Positions 48,417-60,445 of a stretch of 64,000 bases of DNA are shown here, in pieces; positions within the stretch are counted from its first letter, which is position 1, and each line of letters starts with the position of its first letter. Origin of the DNA: Amphiscolops sp. MND2022. Taxonomy: Eukaryota. The position numbers and the translations under genes were made by a program. The stretch lies in the NCBI GenBank assembly GCA_964187785.1, contig OZ076419.1, positions 7,688,001 through 7,752,000 on the forward strand, written 5' to 3'. The notes below the pieces were generated by a model. It was not told the DNA's origin, did no database searches, and worked only from the letters and a program-made list of their open reading frames with translations.

Positions 48417-49419
48417 GTCCCGCATTTTTAAAAAGGAACAATGCTGCCTCGAAACCGTGGATAAATGCTTTCGACCTGATGGCTCTCTCCTTGACAGTTT
48501 CACCGTCGTACTCCGTGGCGACCAGATATTGTCCAAGCGTCTCTAATGCTATTTGATCGAAACATTTCCCACAGAAATCACAATGCCCTGCCACATTTGG
48601 CATGACCGTTGGTAGTAGCCTTATGCCTTGTCTTTCTTGGGCTGGTATTAACACGACGTTTGGGCTATGTACTGTGTCGAATGGGAATCCTAGCTGCATA
48701 GGTTGTTGCACGGCGAACTGTGTTTGGCTGGTACTCTGTGTTGTCCCCTCCAACGGGATTGGGAATAACATTGGGGACAAATTGAATCCTTGCATGGTCC
48801 TCATGACTGGTTGTTGTGACTGGGTTACATCGCTATGTATTTCGTAGTCCATAGGGTTATTCATGAGCATGCTTTGCATATTCGCTTGGCTAAGTTCTCT
48901 ACTGGGCTCCTGTGTAACCGTTGGGGTTGGCAAGATTCCTCCTTCGTATTGATCTTCTCGTACAGTAGGTAACACTCTGGCACATGGTCGGCCATAACTA
49001 TTTGTATTTAGGGCTGCATCCCTATTTTCTGTCCATGGGAACAGGTTTCCCTCTTCAAATTCACTGTCGATGAACGACGATGGAGAGCCTACAGGGTCGT
49101 CTTGAGAGTCGTTCATCAACTCTATAAGGTCTTGTTCTATTTGGGTCCCTTCCACACGTACAGCATCATCGTGCCCCGCTAGTACGTTCGAATTGGGAAA
49201 CAGTGTTGCTACTGAAGATCCAACAAATGCTGACATCAGATTGTTTTCTGCCGGATTTACTCTGAATTTCTCTCCCAATTGCGATATGTTTCCTGGGGCA
49301 ACTGAGAAGGTTTCTTCTGTCTCGCTGGAGATATCGATGACATCAGGAGATAGAGGAGAGTAAAGGCTATCTTCGTCGAAATTGAACTGAAGCTTGTCCA
49401 TTTTTCCAAAATTATTCAA
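48373..49419 (-). CDS. ORF3 of element B (348 aa, acidic/disordered, C-terminal HCxxCxxC), not an env
   Basis: Uninterrupted sense ORF without signal peptide or TM. It reads through the PPT and stops 44 nt inside the 3' LTR. Confidence 0.7.
   Translation of the reverse strand: MNNFGKMDKLQFNFDEDSLYSPLSPDVIDISSETEETFSVAPGNISQLGEKFRVNPAENNLMSAFVGSSVATLFPNSNVLAGHDDAVRVEGTQIEQDLIELMNDSQDDPVGSPSSFIDSEFEEGNLFPWTENRDAALNTNSYGRPCARVLPTVREDQYEGGILPTPTVTQEPSRELSQANMQSMLMNNPMDYEIHSDVTQSQQPVMRTMQGFNLSPMLFPIPLEGTTQSTSQTQFAVQQPMQLGFPFDTVHSPNVVLIPAQERQGIRLLPTVMPNVAGHCDFCGKCFDQIALETLGQYLVATEYDGETVKERAIRSKAFIHGFEAALFLFKNAGLSHPPRCDGSVVQL
48417..48429 (-). promoter_or_regulatory. PPT of element B
   Basis: AAAAATGCGGGAC directly before the 3' LTR start TGTCACACCC. 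Confidence 0.6.
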
Positions 49420-50252
49420 GTTAAAATTAATGGGAGAATTATTTTAAGTATCAAGTTATCAGTTTATGAAAAACAGCCGAATTTCAGATTGATTAAGACC
49501 ATATGGTGGCTGATTTTCTTTTCTCTTCTGTTTTTGATAAAATCCCGCGGAAAAGTTGAGAGTCATGCTTTTTCGAGTTCTCCGTTCCCCTTATAAGGGT
49601 TTTACTAGGAGTCATGTCATGAGACTCACTTGCAATAACTCATAAACAATTTCCATAAAAGGTGTTTTACTTAACACATCATCGGATTGCCGCTCATCAC
49701 TTGGATTTCCGACAATTTCCAGACAGTTAAATGATATATAAACAAAATTCAACATGACATCAAAGTAAGTAAATGCCTCCATGAAGATATTTATTGAAAA
49801 GTTGGGAGAAAAACTATCTAATCTTACATGACTAATTTTATGAAATGATGAAAAGAGTTATGAAGCATGTTTCTCTTTTGATTAATAGCACAGCTAAATC
49901 GACCATTAATTCCAAGAAAACATGTGTTAAACTTGGTCCCGCATTTGAAAAATGCGTGTGGGGTGATGGTTTGACGTATAATTTCCGGTTCTGACAATTG
50001 TTTCTTTTTATAAGCTCCCGGAACATTATCGGTTCGAAATTTACTAAATGAACTAAATTCAACATAAAGCTGACGTTGTGATTAAGCATCAACAATATCA
50101 CACGTGTTTATCATTGAGAGTGTTTAATTTTCTTCATAATATTACGTAATACTTCTTTATCTGTTCAATTCCAGCCACGAACTGCATTAATTCATCCTAT
50201 TAAGAATATGCAGCGAGAACCGCAGGATGACGAGTATACGTCACTGCAGGAA

Positions 50253-50462
50253 CCGCATATTGCCGCATAGTCTTTCTTTGCATTCCGCATACTGCCGCAT
50301 ACTCTTCTCTTGCAATCCGCATATTGCCGCATATTCTTCTCTTGTGCTCCGCATACTGCCGCATGCTCGTCTTTGCTCGATCCGCATACTGCCGCATATT
50401 CTTCCTTTGCATTCCGCATACTGCCGCATACTCTTCTCTTGCAATCCGCATATTGCCGCATA
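50253..50462. repeat. Tandem array, 7 x ~32 bp, CCGCATAYTGCCGCATA core
   Basis: Seen directly, in the spacer between the divergent ORF3 and antisense gene. Confidence 0.9.
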
Positions 50463-50852
50463 CTATCGGCCAACGCAATATCTATACTTAAGTTAGCCAT
50501 TGGCGTTATGCAATGAGTCAATCAATCACGCTGGCAGACGTGACTGACATTTAATTAGCCAATCAGATTTCAGTATTTACTTTGCATATTTGCGCAAGTT
50601 TATACCATTTGCTTTTTGCCTTTCTATGTTACGTTACGCCACGCCTTTTGTTTCGATTCATCGCCTTATACGAACAATTGTGTAGTTAGAGTTTTGTTAA
50701 AGTATCAACTTTGAACTTGCAATTATATTCTCCATTTCCCCCTCTCATTACTCTAGAATTTGTCTCAAGTTCGTTTACAGCTTTTGCAATTTACACTCCA
50801 CTTTTCCTTTTCATTTGCTTCTTTCTCCCTCTTACTTCCTCTTTCTGGAGAA

Positions 50853-53800
50853 ATGGATTCGCCATCCGGGGCTGAGCGATCAGGAAAACGAAGGTCTCGT
50901 AAGGACCAAGCTCCGCATCACCGCAGATTTGGAGGCAGAGATTACAACCCTTCCTTTTGGTCAGATCCAGGTAAATTCAACTTTGATTGGTTCAATCCGA
51001 TTTAATTTGTTTTAAAAGTTTAGATTTTCTCGTCAAGCTGGCCAGGCTTGTTAGAGCGTGTGATCTATGCATATGACAGATCGAATTCAGATTTTTTGAA
51101 ACGTTTCCGTTTCTAGTTTGTAAGCGACTTCCGTTCTCTTCATTTCCTGTAACCGCGTCCGGTTCCGGTTGATTTAGAACAGAATAAGCTAGCTTTTGAA
51201 CCACCGATTACCTTATCGTAATAAGTCCTTTGTTTCAGTTGAACCTGAAGTAAGAGAGTCATCACTGACACCTTCACCTGCGAAGACTTATACGCCCTTA
51301 CATTCTTCATCACCTAAGACTCTTTCTGCCCCTGTTGTGCAAGAATCTCCAGCTGTTGTCCCACTACAAATTGATGAAGGAATCGCTGTCGTAACTGAAC
51401 CAGAGCTACCATTAACTACCATCGCTCCGACTACTCTACAGGATCCACAAAAGACTCTAGGGGCAGAAGAAAACACTGCTGATCAGGACAATCCAAGCTT
51501 AAACGAAACTCCCACTGGAATGATGGAAAATAACGAAGCTGACTTAGGCCGGGAATTGTTAGAAGAATTTATTTCTCCCAGATCTAGTCAGGTAGTCTCG
51601 CCCCTTCTTAACCAATTCCTTGCTACTGCCGCTAATGAAAGTCTAAGCCAATTCACCAGAGCTGACTTTAACCTGGCTCGGGCTAGTGGGCAACTTAACA
51701 CTCAACCTCCTGAACAAATGGAAATTCCCACGACCGAGACCTCTCAACCTGCATGCACTCGTACCAGCATCAGTGTCACCAGACAAGAAATTCGGACCAT
51801 CAGTAGCCTCCTTGAACGAATTCCGCAAGGGTACATGACAAGGGAAAGAGGCGATTGTGATCAACCATTGACACTTATGGTTGTTGATGCGACAAATCCT
51901 GCCCCTGTTACTGCAACATCAAGCCAAGAAGAAACAGGAACGAGTGCGCTAACTGGAGTACCTGCCTCGGAATTACGAGAAGAAGACGTGGTTAGAAGTG
52001 GGAAACGTCGTAGGCCAAAATATTCCTTGACCAGCGCGATGTTCAAAAAACATCCAGTGATGAAGTTTTCAGCGACCGGCCCGCTCGATAAGGACAAGAC
52101 CCCTCACAAGTGGTGGTGCAGGGTATGTAAAGTTGAACTGTCTCTCATGAGTCGGGGGAGTCTGGAATTAGTATCTCATTATCGCACCGAATCTCATTTA
52201 CTGAAAGAACACCGAATGAGGATGGAAATAGCGGGATTAGCCTTGTATGACAAGAACGAAAAAGAGCTTTTGGGGGTAGCACTTCAGGATGCCAAGAAAA
52301 AAGCCAAAGACATGTACCCCATTGCTCCACAATTAGATGTCTGCCGACCTCTCGTAGGGCAAGATGTTGTACCTAATTTCAGCGCTGTAAAAAGTCCTAC
52401 AGAAAAAGTTTTGTCCCAAATAACTGTTCTCGAGCATGGGTTGAGATATGGTGGGCATATCAACAGTTTGACATCAATTTACGATGAGCTAGCTCGGATT
52501 GCCAGTAGCAGTCACATGACAACGCAAAACTGGAGCCCACAGCGACTTTTCGTTAGTGATTTCTTGCTGTTTCTTTTATTGCTGGTCGGCTTAAGAGTCT
52601 GATATCCTTTCTTTCCGGAACTAATTTTGAGTCTAAAACTATATATTTCATGTTTGAGCCTTAGGACTAACAAGTTTGTTTATTTTACAGGCTATCCTTG
52701 TATACATGTTTCGAGAGCTAATCAGCTACTGCGTCACTGCGATCGCCTCTTCGGGGTTTTATTCCCTTGCGTTGCAGCAGACTCCTACAGCATCCTTCCT
52801 CATCCTCAGCTTCTGGTCTGGGAACGTATTCCATAGAGTCTGTTTGGGTTGTGCTCCCCGTGGAATGCTGCTACCCAGGAAGATTCTCAGTTTAATGTCA
52901 TCTTTTCTCAGCCTCTTTGAGACGGAGCCAACTTGTCTGTCACTTGTTAACTTCGGAGACAAATTGGGCGACTGCCTAACTACTTGCCTTCCCGGGAAAC
53001 AGCCACCGACAGTTGTCAAGACGTATGGACCTGATGAGTTCGAGAAAAGTCTCTCCCTTCCAACCTCACAGATTATAGAACGCCATGACTACAGAGCTAT
53101 TTTGGATTATCTGCTGATGAAACTACGTACAGCACTTGACAAAGACTGGCTACAACAAATCCCCGTATTGCACAAAGTAAAATACTTACTTGTGATTTAC
53201 TCTTAGGGTTCTGTAGACTTTCGTTTACTTTTATTGTTTCTGCTTCAGTGTGTAGTTCGTTTGGAATACTCTCTTGAAGATGCCTCTGCCATTATCGAGC
53301 ATCTTTCAAATAATTGGAACCACGTTTGTGATCATCTAAATCACGTATCACGACTCCCAGCATACCGGTTTCATATGCGCGAGGTTATTGTCTTTTCCCG
53401 TATTCACTATCTCCTCTTTAAATTCACCGTATCTTTTGTTCATTTCATTCTTTCATTTCAGCCGAACACTTTAGATGAGTGTTTTCGTCTCGACACCGCG
53501 TATCTGGCACGTCTCTTCGTGATCCGTTGTGTCCTTGATCACTGTTAGTTATTTCCTTTTCTCAGTTTACAATTAGTTTTGCTTCCGGTCAAAAATCAGA
53601 AATCTTAAGTTCGGTTATATATCAATGCGTTCTAATGGATTTCTCATGGGAGTCTCTGAGAAAATACGAGGCCAAAGCTCATCTTTGGTAAAAATGTTAC
53701 ATCTTTTGTACTTCCATCACAGTTTTCTTTCGATTTATATCTGCACTCATTCTAGTTTGCGAGTGAAAATAAGCCGCTTTCTACTTCGTTTCTGTGTTGC

Positions 53801-55324
53801 AGCAGTTTCTGCATAAACCGCATAATGACGTATAGTCCATCCAGCAATTCCGCATAATGACGTATAGTCCATCTAGCAATTCCGCATAGTGACGTATAGT
53901 CCATCTAGCAATTCCGCATAATGACGTATAGTCCATCTAGCAATTCCGCATAGTGACGTATAGTCATCACACCTCGAACCGCATAATGCCGTATAATCTG
54001 CTTAGTAGTTTCGTGCACTGCCGTTTAGACGTTGCAGCCTGTTCCGTAGAATGACGTATAATTAGTTCTGCTTGTTCATGTTTATTTCTTTGAATCTCGT
54101 ACGTATTATTTGACACGTGTTATGTATCACATCTAGTAGTTCAGAATGTCTTTCAATTATGTTGTTTCTGACTTAATATAGTACTCATCAAGAATTTTAA
54201 TTTGTTGTGTTTTAGATAACTCGGCCTTTTCGGAAGTTCGCAAAGGAGTGGAAGGAGGGTTTCGTGCCTTCAACCAATTTGCTGTATTCATTTACAGTCA
54301 ACTCCAAAGCATTTTACCGGATGAAACTCTTGGAAACATCTCTGACTGGGACAACTTCTTACAACTGGATCTCACTCAGGACAGCCTGCCGTTCAAAACT
54401 GCGGACGAATATGTACTGAATGAAGACTTCTACCGATTAGTTTCAGCAAGTAAACTGCCTCGGCCGAGCAAATTTGTGAACCAGTCAATTTGCTTCAGTA
54501 AAACCTTTTGCAAGTCACTGATGGGGCATGAAAACATCAAATCCAAATTGATGAGAGGGTTATCGGCTTTTGATCCTGCTGTGATGCTCGATGGTACTGA
54601 GGCTAATTATACAGTTGCTATCGAGGATCTTTCTAGTCATTTTGCCTCTGTTGGATTGATTTCTTCTAGCGATCGAGTAAAAATGGTCAGCCAGTACCGA
54701 GCACTTGTTACGAAATTCCGCTCTGGGACTGGATTGGAATATGATGACTGGATACATTTCATCTCTTCGCATCACGAGTTACAGTGTCGGCCTGAGCTTT
54801 TTCTTTTGTACAAATTTGCTTGTTTGTGTTTGCCCCCACTAGTAGAGATGCCTACTGAATTTGTAGTCCCAATGCCAGCTTTAGGATCCAATGAGGAGAC
54901 CTTCCAATCTTGTGTAAAAAGTTTGCAAATGTCATATTCCACTATCCCACATGTGTCTAGCTTATACCGGGACCCGAGATCTGTTAGTCGAGTTTTTCGT
55001 TTGTTGGGGCGTGGTTCTGATTTATTAACAGACAAGAAGTTTTCGGTATGGAACTTCTTGAAAGGAAGTGGACCCCGAAGAGCCTCCATGCTGGGAAAAC
55101 TGGAAGTTGGATATCGGAAGGCTGTTTTACGCCATGAAAAACCGGTGGTTTCCTCTAACACTACTACCCCAAGTGTCAGTCGCACTAGTAGTGTTAATAG
55201 TACTCCGTCTCCGGACCCAGCTTTGAGCAGAGTCAGTGTCCCTGTCAGTCGCTGTACTGGATCGTCTCTTGAAAGTGGTCAACCGAAGGCGAAACCCAAT
55301 TCCGGCAAAGGCAAAAAACATTGA
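50853..55324 (+). CDS. Predicted six-exon antisense gene in element B (~1080 aa), zinc finger plus hAT-transposase-like body
   Basis: Exons 50853-50970, 51239-52551, 52691-53176, 53249-53383, 53462-53543 and 54216-55324. All introns are GT-AG and phase-consistent (total 3243 nt). Contains WCRVC...HYRTESH, LSAFDP and PELFLLYKFACLCLP. Confidence 0.75.
53818..53995. repeat. Tandem array, 32-bp CCGCATAATGACGTATAGTCCATCTAGCAATT, 5 copies plus 1 partial
   Basis: Seen directly, inside predicted intron 5. Confidence 0.9.
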
Positions 55325-55550
55325 TTGTCTGTTGTAGTTATCAATTGCTATGTTTTCTTTTGTTGTGTTTACTTTATGTTGATACATCCAGTGTATTTAT
55401 TTGGATGATTCTTGGTGTATTATCGCTACAAAAACGAGAGACAAACTCATGCACTGAGGTGCACTTCAAAGATAGAAGATAAGAGGAGAATTTCTTTGCA
55501 GTTCTTTTTATTATTATAAGTAAGGAGAGTCAGAGTATAGAAGTTGTCTT

Positions 55551-58500
55551 TTAGTATCTGTATGTGTCAGAGTAGTTTGGGTTGGGATTGGGGCGTAAGT
55601 TGTATTTTTCACCACGAGTATTTATGGGTTCTTCTTGCAATGGGGTATTTTGTGAATTTTCTGGGGTTTTTTGGGTATCATCAACCGATGAATTATTTGG
55701 TTCTTTTTGAGTTTTTTGGGTATTTTGATCATCTTCACTGATGTGTTGTGGAGTTGCATTTTCATGATTGTCGCAATTTTGATCTGGTTCAGTGGTCTGT
55801 TCCACTGGGCTCCCCCCACTATTTTTTGAAGATCCTGGGGAGGGAGGGCGGTTATTATTAGGTATTTGAATTGGGGTATATTCGGTTTCCTCAGTGTCTT
55901 CTGAGTATTCTGAAGGACCATCTTCAAACGGATTAGATCCAAAATTTGTATTCCATGATTGGGCATATAGATCATCATTTGCTATAGGCATCTGGTCATC
56001 TTTTTGCCAATCAGTTTCGCGGACAAAAATATCTGCTAATGGAGCTTGCGGAGTGAATTTTCGCAGGCGTATCCTGTGTAGCAGTTGCGTTTTGTTAGTA
56101 CCAAGTCTCCTGACAATATAATTATTGTTAGGGAGCACTTTTTCCACTTTATATGGACCACACCATCTGAATTCTCGAAATGGTATTTTCGTCGCTTGCG
56201 TGTCGGCTTTTGGGTTGAGAATGTAGCAATAGTCCGTCGTTTCGAGCGGTGCTGCTTTGGCTTTTCTATCATAGTAGGCTTTGTACTTGAGATAGGATTG
56301 CATGATATTTTTCTTTGTTTGATCTAAAAGGATTTTCATACGTTTTTGTATTTCTTCTGCCACATCTGCCTGTGGTTGATATCGTGGGTTAGGGTTATAT
56401 CCAAGTTTATAGTCTAGGATATTATGTGGTATTCTGCCATGGAAGACTCGTGAAGGTTCACAACCGAGTGATGCATGGTATGATGTGTTATGGTTAAGGA
56501 CTGCTAACGGGAGATATTTATGCCAGTTATGGCGGAATTCGCCTGTTGCAGCTTTTAGGTGTGTTTTCACTGAGGCATGGGTTCTCTCGAGGAGTCCTAT
56601 TGTTTGGGCATGTTTCATTGTTGCGTGTTTAAGTTCAATTCCCAGAACTGCAGCAACTTCGTGAGTTACTTGAGCGTTGAATTGAGTGCCTAAATCTGTG
56701 ATTATCGTTGTTGGAAGGTAGGTGTGCTTGCATAGTATATCCATGATGACTCTTGATACTGCTGTGGCGGTAATACGAGTCACGGGATAAGCAAACAAGT
56801 ATCTCGAGAAGACATCTATTGCTGTGATGATGTGGTCATAACCTCCGCTAGAGGGGAGGTTTGGTAGAATATCCATCTGTAGAATGTCTTCCGGGCCAAG
56901 ATCCCATTCTGGGCAATTAAGAAGTTCGGTTCTGAGGAGATCGTTGTTGATACGTTTCGTTTGAATGCAGACTTGGCAGTTACTGACCCATTTTTTAATG
57001 TATTTAGCCATACATGGGTAGTAATATTTTTGTCTTGCTTCCTGAATCATTTTCGTGATTCCTGGGTGGTTTGAATTATGGCCATGAAGGGCTTGTAAGA
57101 GTTCATCTAGAAGTTGAACCGGTAGGAGAATCTGGTAGTGAGATGTGGTTCCTGTGTCCGTATAGTATTTTCGGGTGAGGACTTCTTGTTTAATTTCTAT
57201 TCTTGTTATGTTTTGTAGGTAGTGTTGGTATCTGTAGTCTGATGCCAACTCATTCTCGTCGAAGGGGTTGCCTTCGATTTTTGCTCTCAGGTTTCTGAGG
57301 ACTACGTCATTATTCTGCTCGAGGCGGATTTTGGCATTGTCCTTGAAGTGTCCTGATGAAATAGAGATTAATCCTGAGGTGGGTTTGTGAAATTGTTGTA
57401 GTTCGGCGAGCTCATTTTCGGGGTCATTGTGTGTTTCGGTTTGAGCTTGATCTCGGATATTTTGTTTTTCTTCCCAAAGTTGGGTTTCGTCGATTTCGTC
57501 ATCTGGGAGAACATAGATCTGTTCTTCTTCGGCAATTCCAGATGACTGGATATTTACCTCAATTGCTTTTGTGTGAATGTCATTGCGAATTGTTAATTCT
57601 AGTTTTTCTGTTGGGGCGACTTCTGTCCTTGATAGGAAGTCTGCAGCAGTATTCATTGAGCCAGCGACATGGGCAATTACAAAATTGTATTGTAAAACGT
57701 AATCGCATGCGTTCCAAAGTGCTGGTGGGATCATTTTCGTTTGAAAAAACCGGGTTACTGACCGGTTGTCAGTGAACACGATGACTGGGAATTTGCTTCC
57801 CCACATGAGGTGTCCAAATTCGACGAACGCAAAATATATAGAGAGGAATTCTTTCGCATAAATTGACATCTTCGTCTGTGTTGGATTGAAAGTTTTTGAA
57901 CCAAACGCTATGGGTGCATATGTTTTGCGTCTGGATTGGAGTTTTTGATTCGGATCGTCTTCGATCATGATAGCGTATCCTGCTGCAGTGAAACTTGCAT
58001 CGGACATGACTATGAGTTGTTTGTTCTTCAATGGTTGTTTCAAAGCTAATTGGCAAGAGTTTTCCAAAAGTTTGTTGAGGTTTGTGAATTCTTCTACCAA
58101 GTTTGTTGGTACATAGAATTCGGAAGTTTCTTTGAGGAGTTTAAAGAACGGGGATAGCCGTTCTGAAAGGCGTGGTATATAGTTTCGGTAATAGTTTAGG
58201 AATCCAATATACCTTTGTAGTGCCTTCTTTGATTTTGGAAATCTGAGTTTTGCGAGGAAATCTTTTACTTTGTCGGCCTGAGGGGCAACTCCATCTGGTG
58301 TGATGGTGCGTCCCAAAAAGTCGACTTGTTTAACTCCGAAATGACATTTCGACATGGAGAGTTTTAATCCAGCGTTTCTGATACATTCAAAGACGGTTTT
58401 GATGTTGATGTACAATTGTTTTGTGTCGTTTGCTGCAATGCCAATGTCATCAACATATTGGGCACATTGGTCAGCTTTGATTGCCCTGTCCAGATATTCC

Positions 58501-60445
58501 CTCATGAAGCTTGAGAATGCTGAAAGGGATCGGCTGAGGCCCTGAGCAAGGCGACGATAAGCAAATGTTCTGCTTGCAAAATTGAAAGCAAGCATCTGGA
58601 TAGATTGGTAATCTGCCATTTGAAGGCAGTGGTAAGCCTGAGAGCAGTCTAATTTGCAGAAAAGTTTTTTCCTGCCATGTGTTGGGCTGCATCGGATAAT
58701 GTGCTTACCGGGTGGTTATTGTTGACATAATCTTCAGTGATGAGATTATTAATTTTCCGGAGGTCTACAAGGAGCCTAAGACGCCCATTAGGTTTGCGCT
58801 GTGCAAAAATTGGGCTTGCGTATTTGGAAAATGGTAAGGTTGTGATTATACCATATTTATGTAAGAGCGCGAGTTCTACTGTGATGTCATCTTTGAGGTT
58901 AATGGGAGTCGGTAAACTTTGACTATAAGCTGGTCTGTCGTCATTTGGCGTTAATTTCACTTTGAACTCTCGGTTGATCCCTATATCAAAGCGATGTCTG
59001 GCGAAAATGTCATGGAATTCGACCAGAATCTCTTCAATCTCTTGTCGTTCTTCTGAACTAAGTGTTGTATCTGTCCAGTCGAAATTTGAGAGGAATGTTT
59101 TCCTGGATGTTTCATTATCATGTGGGTTCAGTTTTTCGAGTTCTTTTAACTCAAGGAGTTCGTTGTATATACGTTGTTGTATTGGAGTATATGTTGCGGG
59201 ATCGCCTGGATATTCCGGGGTAGGAAACCAGTACGATTCTTGATCAGAATTTGGTTGTGGTACTTTGAGGAGTTCGTTGATGTAGACTTCCGTAGTTTCC
59301 TCTTGTTGTATCATGAAAGATAGTACTGCTGGGTCTACGGGTTGGATGTGTTTGATTTGTTCGGGGGTGAGAATTTTAAAGTCCGCTAGATGGGTGTCAA
59401 GGGTTATTGTATATGGCAATTCCGAAAAATTGATGATTTGATACCCGATAGCATTATTATTGACTGTGCTGAGTGATGATGTGATGAATATGCTATCGTG
59501 GTTTTCAAATTGTTGTGATGGTGTGACAATTCCTGTCGCATTATGATCCATCAGATGAGGCATTTTGCTTGCTATGGCAAGTGTTTCCCCTGGTTGTAGG
59601 GTATAGGTATTTTCGGCAAACAATGGTGTTGCTTGGCGTATTGCTGTTTGTGTATCAGGCTTGAGCTGCATCGAGAGGTAGGGAAAAGTTAAGATGCCTT
59701 GATTGACATCAAAAATTGCATTGTTCCTTCGAAGGAAACATAATCCGATTAAGGGGTTTGGTAGGTTTTTCATAATGATGAAGTTTTCTTTTAACATGAA
59801 GTCTGCGACTTCGAATTCTAGTAATACTGTACCAATGGGGACTTCTAGTTGTCCATTTGCCACCATAATTTGGAAGTTTGGTGGAGGACCGGTTTCTTTA
59901 ATTGCTTCATTTGCAAGCAGCTTGATTTTGTTGAGGTCTTGTTCGGAGATTGCACTTGTGAGAGCTCCAGTATCGATAAGACCATCAAGTGTCAGTTTTT
60001 CGAAGTCCATCGGTATGTAGTACATATGTCGTTTTCGCTTCAATGTCAAAGAAGTTGAAATTGGGAGGTATGACACGTTTCGTTCTTTGTCAAATTGTAT
60101 GTGTTCAGTGAGGTCTTCACTTAATAGAGGTTGTTTTTTATCATCGCAAGAAGTGTTTATGGTGACATAATTTTTAACGGGGGAATTGTGGTGAATTTCG
60201 GGTTTTGAGTCAATTTCAGGGTGGGTTTGTTGTTTAATGAAGTAGTTGTCCGGTGAATCACGGAGGAGTTCGTATAAGTCTTCAGTGTGGTATTCGGTCA
60301 ATGATTGTTGAGAAGTTTCTGTTGTCAAGTCTTTTTGGACGAGTGTTGCTTTTGTGGGTTTTGGGCTCAACTGATGCTGCCAGACATCAGGTGAGTTTGG
60401 TTTTTGTGGAGATTTTTTGTAAAGGCGTGGCGTTTCTAGTTTAAA
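55551..60445 (-). CDS. pol: Pol of element B: PR, dUTPase-like segment, RT, RNase H, integrase; single 1-nt frameshift at ~58665
   Basis: IDTGALTS, QYVDDIG, VMSDAS, FTDNRS, HGHNSNHPG...CQVC, MDIL, TDLG and LERTH. AGKKLFCKLDC is restored by adding one A to an A6 run. Confidence 0.95.

Noticed and set aside
50192-50521. Several overlapping ORFs (MRQYAxC repeats)
   Set aside because: Artefacts of translating the stop-poor 32-bp array.
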